From Fidelibacterota bacterium (GTDB taxonomy: Bacteria > Fidelibacterota > Marinisomatia > Marinisomatales > UBA1611), in contig JAPYRR010000002.1 in NCBI GenBank assembly GCA_029936885.1, positions 1 through 61,152 on the forward strand: a DNA stretch of 61,152 bases. The letters run 5' to 3'. The notes beneath the pieces were generated by a model, which searched no databases, was not told where the DNA came from, and was given only the letters and a program-made list of their open reading frames with translations. The stretch's first letter is position 1; every line of letters starts with the position of its first letter. Below are positions 34,454-42,047 of the stretch, piece after piece. The translations under genes and the position numbers were made by a program.

Positions 34454-34522
34454 CTATGAAACCCCTTCGTGGCTAAAAAACCAATACCAGCTGTAATAAT
34501 TATTTGTGTTTATGTCAATCAT
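34454..34522 (-). CDS. aromatic-rich leader peptide MIDINTNNYYSWYWFFSHEGVS (trp/aromatic attenuator)
   Basis: A 22-codon ORF found by hand between chorismate mutase and trpE. Codons 9-16 are UAU UAC AGC UGG UAU UGG UUU UUU. Its last codons and stop form the 5' arm of an antiterminator that competes with the downstream terminator. Confidence 0.6.
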   Translation of the reverse strand: MIDINTNNYYSWYWFFSHEGVS

Positions 34523-34567
34523 GAGCGGGAATATTAAGGACAGGAATGAACGGGAACCAACCTTATT

Positions 34568-34837
34568 TTACTTTATCTGCAATTTTTTTGAAATATGGTA
34601 AATGGGTCCAAAAATGGCTGCGATGTCGTCTTTATCCAATTTCCCTTTAAGTTTATTAGCCAGACGATCAATGATTTCCTGTTCGCGGTTTGGGTCCCCA
34701 ACATTGATACTACCGGACGCCTTGATCTCCCCAATTTCTTTGGACACAGCGAATCGCTTTACAAGCAGATCCAACATTTGGTCATCATAATAATCAATTT
34801 TTTGGCGCAATTCTTTAATTTTGTCTTTTGGTTCCAT
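34568..34837 (-). CDS. chorismate mutase (monofunctional AroQ class)
   Basis: 89 aa with the LRQKIDYYDDQMLDLLVKRFAVSKEIGEIK pattern of AroQ-class chorismate mutases. Confidence 0.85.
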   Translation of the reverse strand: MEPKDKIKELRQKIDYYDDQMLDLLVKRFAVSKEIGEIKASGSINVGDPNREQEIIDRLANKLKGKLDKDDIAAIFGPIYHISKKLQIK

Positions 34838-34932
34838 GAAAAAAAGTACGGAAGGCTATCTATGAGTAAAAAGGATTTTATTATTCATTCTTGTGGAGAA
34901 AAAAGAAGGTGAGAAAGAATTTATTGTAAACA

Positions 34933-36225
34933 TCATTTTGGAAGCAAATAATCCTTTAAGTCAGAAAATTTCTTAGACATTTTGATGGAAATTTTTTCCT
35001 TTTTCATGGCAATTTGTAATGAATCTGTTAAGGGTATATTCTCCCCGATAATAGGTTCAATCACATCTGCGAATTTCCCCGGATGTGCCGTGGAAAGTAC
35101 AATCCCCTTTGTTCGAGAATTTGTTTTTTCTCTATATTCATTTAATCCCAAAACACCGATTGCTGTGTGCGGGTCGATTAGATAGTCAAAGTTATTATGG
35201 ATATTTTGGATGCAGTCTTTCGTCTCGTCATCTGAAAAACTCCAACTGGAAATATCCTTCTTTATCAGGTTTATATCATCATCAAACAAGGTTTGAATTC
35301 GATCTAAATTACTGGGGACACCCACATCCATAGCATTGGATATTGTTTGGATAGCGTCCTGATCTTGAAGGGTGCCACTGTTTAAAAAGTATGGAAAAGT
35401 ATCATTGGCATTTGTTGCAGCAATAAATATTTCCACAGGAATTCCCATGCGATTTGCAAACAATCCAGCGGTCAAATTCCCGAAATTCCCACAGGGAACA
35501 CTAAAAATAATAGGATTGTTTTCACCACATTGTTTCCAAGCCCAGGCATAATAAACAGATTGGGGGAGAAGCCGGGCCACATTGATAGAATTAGCTGAAC
35601 TCAAGGTGAATCGGCTCCGTAATTCAGCATCTTGAAAAGCAGATTTAACCATGCGCTGACAATCATCAAAAGTGCCGTTAATTTCTAAAGCAGTAATATT
35701 TCCACCCAAGGTGGTAAGTTGTTTTTCCTGAATTGCACTAACGCGATTGGATGGATAAAGAATAATAACCTTAATGCCTTCAATATTGAAAAAACCGTTA
35801 GCGACTGCGCTGCCCGTATCACCGGAAGTGGCCACCAAAATGGTGATTTCCTTATTTTCATTTTCAAGAAAATGCAACATAGTACGGGCCATGAAGCGAG
35901 CGGCAAAATCTTTGAAAGCTAATGTGGGTCCATGGAATAATTCCAATACAGAATCGGTCTCATTTAATTTTTTTATTGGGATTGGGAAATCAAAGGCTAA
36001 TTCACAAATATCAGATAATTGAGCCAGCGTTAAATCATCTTTTGTAAATGGGTGAATCATGCCAACAGCACATTCGGAATAGGATAAATTTGATTGGAAA
36101 AAGTCAGTCCCTAAATGTGGAATAGTTTCAGGCATATAAAGACCACCATCTTCAGCTAATCCTTGGAATAATGCATCCTTAAATCCAACAGATACAGCGT
36201 TATTTTTTGTGCTAAAAAAGCGCAA
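34933..36225 (-). CDS. thrC: threonine synthase
   Basis: 430 aa with the PLP-lysine region HGPTLAFKDFA and SGDTGSA. Confidence 0.92.
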   Translation of the reverse strand: MRFFSTKNNAVSVGFKDALFQGLAEDGGLYMPETIPHLGTDFFQSNLSYSECAVGMIHPFTKDDLTLAQLSDICELAFDFPIPIKKLNETDSVLELFHGPTLAFKDFAARFMARTMLHFLENENKEITILVATSGDTGSAVANGFFNIEGIKVIILYPSNRVSAIQEKQLTTLGGNITALEINGTFDDCQRMVKSAFQDAELRSRFTLSSANSINVARLLPQSVYYAWAWKQCGENNPIIFSVPCGNFGNLTAGLFANRMGIPVEIFIAATNANDTFPYFLNSGTLQDQDAIQTISNAMDVGVPSNLDRIQTLFDDDINLIKKDISSWSFSDDETKDCIQNIHNNFDYLIDPHTAIGVLGLNEYREKTNSRTKGIVLSTAHPGKFADVIEPIIGENIPLTDSLQIAMKKEKISIKMSKKFSDLKDYLLPK

Positions 36226-36228
36226 GAA

Positions 36229-37188
36229 TCAGTCCAGTATTTCTGGTGGTTTCGTGTGAATAGGTGAGCAATATGCTTTGCTTTCTAATCCTGAATTTTG
36301 AAAAGCATTCACCATGGCTCTTCCAATTTCTTCGGCTTTTTCTAAAGAGTCCGATAAGGAAAAAACAGCAGGGCCAGATCCGGAAATTCCACAACCAATT
36401 GCACCCGAATCCAGAGCGGATTGCCGTACTTTATTATATCCGGGAATGAGCTTGGCGCGATGGGGTTCTGCAAAATGATCTACCATGGATCTTCCCAATA
36501 ATTCAAAGTCTGATTCATGAAGCCCCAGAGTAAAACCAGCCAGGTTTCCCGCTTGTTGCACTGCTGTATTCAAGGGAATATTTTTCGGAAGAATTTCTCG
36601 CGCTTCTTTTGTATTAATCGTCATTTCGGGTAAAACAGCGGTACTGAATAAGTTTTTTGGTACTGGCAAATTCAGGATATCCAAAGGGTCATAACTGCGG
36701 ATTAGGATGATACCACCAAAAAGTGTAGGTGCAATATTGTCCGCATGGAATCCGCCGGATGCTACTGCTTCGCCCGCCAAACCATGAATCAATAAATCAT
36801 TCAAAGATACTGAATTGCCTAATAATTCATTTGCCCCAAATACAGCCGCCGCTGCACTGGCAGAACTGGAGCCAATTCCACTTCCCGGAGGAATCCCTTT
36901 TTCAATATGAACCTTAAATCCTTGTTTGCTTCCCACAGCATCCAAGAGCGATAAGATTGCTTTTCCTGCCGTATTCTTTTCAGGATCAAGAGGGATCGAT
37001 TCATGTTTTATTCCGGACATAGCAATTTTTATCCCCGGTGATTCTTGTATTTCAATCTTTACAATATCGCCGGGATCGGAAATAGCATATCCGATACAAT
37101 CAAACCCGCAGGAAACATTGGCCACCGAAGCTGTTGCCCGGATTCGAATTGAATTATTTACCATGGATATTCCACCAATAAGGGTCAA
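36229..37188 (-). CDS. thrB: homoserine kinase
   Basis: GHMP kinase motif PPGSGIGSSSASAAA is present. The true start may be the internal ATG near 37164 (MVNNSIRIRA). Confidence 0.9.
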   Translation of the reverse strand: MTLIGGISMVNNSIRIRATASVANVSCGFDCIGYAISDPGDIVKIEIQESPGIKIAMSGIKHESIPLDPEKNTAGKAILSLLDAVGSKQGFKVHIEKGIPPGSGIGSSSASAAAAVFGANELLGNSVSLNDLLIHGLAGEAVASGGFHADNIAPTLFGGIILIRSYDPLDILNLPVPKNLFSTAVLPEMTINTKEAREILPKNIPLNTAVQQAGNLAGFTLGLHESDFELLGRSMVDHFAEPHRAKLIPGYNKVRQSALDSGAIGCGISGSGPAVFSLSDSLEKAEEIGRAMVNAFQNSGLESKAYCSPIHTKPPEILD

Positions 37189-37211
37189 TAAAATTTATTA
37201 ATCCTATTTTG

Positions 37212-37270
37212 TCTCCCCTATAATAGGGGAGAATTAAAGCCTGTCCAGAGCGAAGCCGAAGGGTGGGGTC
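37212..37270 (-). repeat. intergenic hairpin repeat, copy B (TCTCCCCTATAATAGGGGAGAATTAAAG + 24-nt insert + TGGGGTC)
   Basis: Perfect 9-bp palindrome TCTCCCCTA/TAGGGGAGA. It is homologous to 24643-24677, with an extra CCTGTCCAGAGCGAAGCCGAAGGG at 37240-37263. Confidence 0.6.
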
Positions 37271-37309
37271 AGAGAAAATGTAATAAATGTTGATAATCAT
37301 TATACTGCC

Positions 37310-38419
37310 CTATATCCGTTTAATATATCCTTTTTTAACCAGAAGTTCCGCCATAAGAATTGCACCGCCGGCAGCACCACGAACCGTATTATGAGAAAGG
37401 GCGACATATCGAATATCAAAAAATTTATCTTCTGCTAAACGCCCCACACTCACCGCCATCCCTTTTTCTAAATTTCGATCTAGTTTTGGTTGGGGACGAT
37501 TTTCTTCTTCAAAATAAATGATGGGTTGTTTTGGTGCCATGGGAAAGTTTTGATCCTGGGGGATTCCCTTAAAATCAGTCCAAATTGATTTTATTTGGTC
37601 AAGAGTTGGGATATTTTCTTTAAATGTTACATGAACCACGGCAGTGTGCCCGTCAATAACTGGAACTCGCGTACAAATGACTGAAATCTCAATTCTATCT
37701 ATATTTTGAATTCCGGATTCTGTTATCCTTCCCAAAATTTTCAAAGGCTCTTTTTCTGTTTTTTCTTCTTCACCGTCAATAAAGGGTATCACATTATCCT
37801 GCATCTCTAGAGATGAGATGGTTGCCTGTCCACCACCGGAAAGTGCCTGCAATGTGGTTACTTGAACTTTGGCCACGGGGAATCCTGCTTCTTCCAGAGC
37901 GGTTAGAGTGACTAAATAAGATTGGATTGAACAATTGGGTTTCACTGCCACAAATCCGCTTGATGGCAAATTCCGATTGGATTGTTGCATGGGAATAATG
38001 TCTGAATGATCCGGATTAATTTCAGGTATAATCATGGGAACATCATCCGTCCAACGATTGGCAGAACTATTGCTGATTAGGGGATAGCCAGCTTTGGCAT
38101 ATTCAAATTCTATATCACGGGTGGCTGCTTTTTCAGGAAGATCCATGGCGGAAAAAACACAAGCTACGTTTTCGGGAATAGCGTCAAAATTTCGGACATC
38201 TCGAACAATCCTATTTTTAATTGAATTTGGAATATTTGTGGACATGAGCCAGTTCCCATCCACTGCATCCACATATTTTTTTCCAGCTGAACGGGGGGAT
38301 GCAGCTACATCTACCACTTGAAACCAAGGATGATTTTCCAGGATGCGTAGGTAATTTTGGCCCACCATTCCAGTGGCGCCTAATACACTAACAGCAATTT
38401 TTTCTTTTACATTTTGCAT
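37310..38419 (-). CDS. asd: aspartate-semialdehyde dehydrogenase
   Basis: 369 aa with N-terminal VLGATGMVGQ and the active-site region KPNCSIQ. Confidence 0.92.
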   Translation of the reverse strand: MQNVKEKIAVSVLGATGMVGQNYLRILENHPWFQVVDVAASPRSAGKKYVDAVDGNWLMSTNIPNSIKNRIVRDVRNFDAIPENVACVFSAMDLPEKAATRDIEFEYAKAGYPLISNSSANRWTDDVPMIIPEINPDHSDIIPMQQSNRNLPSSGFVAVKPNCSIQSYLVTLTALEEAGFPVAKVQVTTLQALSGGGQATISSLEMQDNVIPFIDGEEEKTEKEPLKILGRITESGIQNIDRIEISVICTRVPVIDGHTAVVHVTFKENIPTLDQIKSIWTDFKGIPQDQNFPMAPKQPIIYFEEENRPQPKLDRNLEKGMAVSVGRLAEDKFFDIRYVALSHNTVRGAAGGAILMAELLVKKGYIKRI

Positions 38420-40812
38420 TTTAATATATCTCCCAAAACCCCAGCAGCTGTGACTTCTGCACCTGCGCCATGTCCTTTAATAACCATGGGTGTATCGTGA
38501 TATCTTCGGGTTGTAAACACAAGAAAATTTTCTCGTCCATTTTGGTGAAAAAATGGATTGTTTTCTCCCACAGTATTTAATCCTACAATTGCTTTTTCTC
38601 CTTCCCAAGTTGCGATATATCTTAAAACTTTTTTTTCTTTTTTCACTGATTCATATCGATCTAGAAAATAAGAATCAAATTTGGCTATTTGATCTAAAAA
38701 TTCATCCACGGATAAATTTGGGTCCATTTCAGATGGAATTAGATTTTCCACGCTTACATCAGATAATTCGAGTTGTACACCGGTTTCTCTGGCCAATATG
38801 AGAATTTTCCGGGCAACATCCATTCCATTTAAATCGTCTCTTGGATCCGGCTCTGTGAATCCATTTTTCCGGGATTTTTTCACCAATTGACTAAAAGGAA
38901 TCGACCCATCAAATTGACTAAATAAGTAACTCAAAGTTCCCGACATAACACCTTCAATTTTTTCAATCGTATCGCCAGTATCTATCAGTGTTTGTAAAGT
39001 TTCGATGATGGGAAGTCCGGCGCCCACATTTGTCTCATATTTAAATTGTGCGCCACTCGTTTTTGAATTCTCTCGAATTGAATCATAATAATTCTGATTC
39101 ATAGAATTGGCGAGTTTACTGGCGGAAACAACCGATACTCCTTTTTCAATTAAGAATGCTGTTTGTTCCGCAACAACCGGTGAAGATGTTACATCTACAA
39201 AAATAGAATTTGGCGCGTCTATTGCCTTTGAAATAAATTGGTCAAGATTTGCAATTTCACCCCCATCCAAATCATCCATAACCGTGTCAAGATTAACCCC
39301 GTTTTGATTAAGAATCATTTTTCGGCTATTGGAAATACCGCACACACATAAATCTTTTTTCTCATGTAATAGTTTTATGAGTTCCGTCCCGACTAATCCT
39401 GTACCAATTATGAAAATATTTCCTGTATTTTGCGCTGAAAATAAGTAAGAATGTAAAGAACGAATTGCGGGTTTAACATCCTCGTTATTGATGATAAATG
39501 AAATATTTCTTTCCGATGATCCTTGAGCAATAGCAATGATATTTACATTTTTGTTTCCCAAAACACTAAATAGTTGACCCGAGATTCCCGGTGTGTGTCG
39601 CATGCCTTCTCCAACAGCTGCGATGAGGGATAAATTTTCTTCTATTTTTATGGAATCGATAAAATGTTTTTTCAATTCGAAGGCAAATTCATTTTTCAAA
39701 AGGGATTCTGCAACTTCCACTGCTTCTGGTTGAATGGCAAAACAGATTGAATGTTCACTGAAGACTTGTGATACTAGAATAATATTTATTTTTTCCGTTG
39801 CCAATGCATCAAAAACACGACCTATTACACCATAGCGCCCAATCATTCCAGCTCCTTGAAACCGAATTAAGGTGATATCGTATAGAGATGAAATTCCTAC
39901 GGCAAAATGCTCATCTAATTCTCTATTTTGTGTTATGATGGTTCCGGGGTTATTCGGCTCAAATGTATTCTTAATCTGAATCGGAATCGATTTGTAAAGC
40001 GCAGGAATCATGGTGGGAGGGAAAATGACTTTTGCGCCGGCATGGGCTAATTCCATGGCTTCTTCATACGTAATATGAAAAATTGTTTTTGCTTCCGGAA
40101 CAATATTTGGGTCGGCGGAAAGAATTCCATTTACATCGGTCCAAATCTCGATGGAAGAAGCATTGAGTGCTGCACCAAAAATAGATGCGGTATAATCTGA
40201 ACCACTTCGACCTAAAGTGGTGGTTTGTCCTTCATCCGTTGCGCCTATAAATCCTGTAATGATTTGCATTTTATCCCGATTCTTACAATAAGCTCGAATC
40301 TGGTCGTAAGACCGTTGGTAATAGACGTAGGCATTCCCGAAATGGTTATCAGTTAAAATAACATTTCGTGCATCCAATTGCTCTGCTGGAATATTATTCT
40401 GGGTTAATAAATGAGATAGTATTGCAGAAGAAAGGCGCTCACCATAAGATAGGATTTTATCTTGTGTTTGACTTGTAATTTGTTTTTTATTGCTTACAGA
40501 ACGGAGATCAGTTTTTAGTTCATTTAGATAATTTTCAACCTGATTCTTGATTTCTGAGACTCCTGCTGGAAAAAGTTCATCGATGATTTCAAAATGATGA
40601 TTCGAGAAATCTTGAAATCCAGTTTGGATAGAATCACCTTTCGCAGCAGACTTGGATAGATCTAATAATTTGTTTGTTACTCCACCAAAAGCAGAGAGAA
40701 CCACAGCGATTTTTGTATCATTATTTTGATTCAGAATAATATCTGTGATCGTGTTGATTCGCGTAACATTGGCAATAGATGATCCGCCAAATTTTAGTAT
40801 TTTAATTTTCAT
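38407..40812 (-). CDS. thrA: bifunctional aspartokinase / homoserine dehydrogenase
   Basis: 801 aa with N-terminal KFGGSS aspartokinase, ACT-like middle region and C-terminal homoserine dehydrogenase (GTGLVG...GAGAEVTA). Confidence 0.93.
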   Translation of the reverse strand: MKIKILKFGGSSIANVTRINTITDIILNQNNDTKIAVVLSAFGGVTNKLLDLSKSAAKGDSIQTGFQDFSNHHFEIIDELFPAGVSEIKNQVENYLNELKTDLRSVSNKKQITSQTQDKILSYGERLSSAILSHLLTQNNIPAEQLDARNVILTDNHFGNAYVYYQRSYDQIRAYCKNRDKMQIITGFIGATDEGQTTTLGRSGSDYTASIFGAALNASSIEIWTDVNGILSADPNIVPEAKTIFHITYEEAMELAHAGAKVIFPPTMIPALYKSIPIQIKNTFEPNNPGTIITQNRELDEHFAVGISSLYDITLIRFQGAGMIGRYGVIGRVFDALATEKINIILVSQVFSEHSICFAIQPEAVEVAESLLKNEFAFELKKHFIDSIKIEENLSLIAAVGEGMRHTPGISGQLFSVLGNKNVNIIAIAQGSSERNISFIINNEDVKPAIRSLHSYLFSAQNTGNIFIIGTGLVGTELIKLLHEKKDLCVCGISNSRKMILNQNGVNLDTVMDDLDGGEIANLDQFISKAIDAPNSIFVDVTSSPVVAEQTAFLIEKGVSVVSASKLANSMNQNYYDSIRENSKTSGAQFKYETNVGAGLPIIETLQTLIDTGDTIEKIEGVMSGTLSYLFSQFDGSIPFSQLVKKSRKNGFTEPDPRDDLNGMDVARKILILARETGVQLELSDVSVENLIPSEMDPNLSVDEFLDQIAKFDSYFLDRYESVKKEKKVLRYIATWEGEKAIVGLNTVGENNPFFHQNGRENFLVFTTRRYHDTPMVIKGHGAGAEVTAAGVLGDILKCKM

Positions 40813-40991
40813 GTTGAATTAAAAAAGCAATAAATAGTGCATTTGATTGGTAGGAAAATTACGAGTCTTTTTTGATTGGATTCGATTGATTAATTCCCAA
40901 TTATGACTTAAATAGAATGTCAATCTACCGTAAATTTTATACGTTTAATTGGTGAATTAAAATCAATTAGATTAAATAAATGGATTAAAAA

Positions 40992-41773
40992 GTGGAATCA
41001 AACAGTCATAAAAATATTGCCATTGTTGGTGCGGGAAATCTTGGGCAGGCACTTGCAAATGGTCTGGTTAAATCAGGCGTCTTTTCTGCCGAAAATATTA
41101 CATTAAGTCGGCGGACGACTTCAGAATTATCATCTTTCGAAGAAAATAATTTTAGAGTTACCAATCATAATTCAAAAGCCGTGGATGATAGTGATTTAAT
41201 TATTATTGCAGTTGGACCACAGGACGCAACACCCGTTTTGAATTCTATTAAGAAAAATCTGAAACCGGAAAAACAAATTCTTATTTCTACTATGACTGGT
41301 GTTTCCATAACGTCGATTCAAAAAGTTGTTGGTCAGCACATTCCAATTGTTCGGATTATGCCTAACACACTGTCTCTATTTGCGAGTCTATGACGTGCAT
41401 TGCTGCAAATGACGAACATTCCGATTCACTGGAAATTGTAAAGAATGTATTTGATAAATTGGGCAAAACATTAATTGTTAAAGAGAATTTGATTGCGCCT
41501 GCTACGGCTCTTTGTGGTTCCGGATTAGCTTTCTTTCTTCGCGCAGTTCGGGCAGCGTCTCAAGGAGGGACAGAAATTGGTTTCCATGCAGAAGAAGCAA
41601 TCTTGCTTGCAGCCCAAACAGCTCGGGGTGCTGCATCTTTGACCCTTCAATCTGAAATGCACCCGGAATCAGAAATTGATAAAGTGACCACGCCGAAAGG
41701 CATTACCATTTCCGGTTTGAATGAAATGGAGCATCAGGGATTTAGTTCAGCAATGATTCGGGCGATTGTTTGA
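40992..41773 (+). pseudogene. proC: pyrroline-5-carboxylate reductase, interrupted by a 1-nt frameshift near 41370
   Basis: Two adjacent ORFs (40992..41393 and 41390..41773) together give a full-length ProC. Frame 1 reads ..RIMPNT then nonsense; frame 2 continues VSICESMTCIAAN. Restoring one C after ACA C (41370) would give the conserved MPNTPVSI... block. Confidence 0.75.
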
Positions 41774-41906
41774 TCAGCCAATAAAATTGATACGCTTATT
41801 AAGGAATCTTAAAAAATGCAATTCTCGGTATTGGCATCCATAATATTTATGCATAAGATTGGTCATGGAATTACAAAATATCTTTCGGTGGAAGCAGTCC
41901 TATAAC

Positions 41907-41966
41907 ATGAATCAGTTAAACACTTTCGTAAATAATAATAATTTAAGTGGGGGCGAAGCTTTGTAA
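41907..41966 (+). CDS. Asn-rich leader peptide MNQLNTFVNNNNLSGGEAL (asnB attenuator)
   Basis: A 19-codon ORF found by hand, with 6 Asn codons including AAT x4 at 41931-41942. It is followed by a competing antiterminator and terminator directly upstream of asnB. The sequence is cross-checked against the antisense track ORF 41912..42112. Confidence 0.6.
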   Translation: MNQLNTFVNNNNLSGGEAL

Positions 41967-41986
41967 CCGGAAGGAGAAGCTTTAGT

Positions 41987-42026
41987 AAAAACCCCCAAGG
42001 ATTTTAATTCTTGGGGGTTTTTTTTT
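41987..42026 (+). terminator. intrinsic terminator of the asnB leader
   Basis: AAAAACCCCCAAG - GATTTTAATT - CTTGGGGGTTTTTTTTT has an 8-bp GC-rich stem extendable by A/U pairs and a T9 tract. It ends 21 nt before the asnB ATG. Confidence 0.8.
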
Positions 42027-42047
42027 ACATTAATAAGGAAAAGAATT

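Noticed and set aside
40813-40991. Search for a Thr/Ile leader peptide, riboswitch or terminator upstream of thrA
   Set aside because: The only tiny ORF (MHYLLLF) has no Thr or Ile run, and I saw no convincing terminator or conserved riboswitch core. I treat the region as an ordinary divergent promoter region shared with proC.
41955-41983. CCGGAAGG GNRA hairpin resembling the SRP (4.5S) RNA domain IV tip
   Set aside because: The surrounding helix is only about 30 nt long. The conserved SRP symmetric-loop and asymmetric-loop sequences and the long closing helix are absent. The hairpin is better explained as part of the asnB leader structure.
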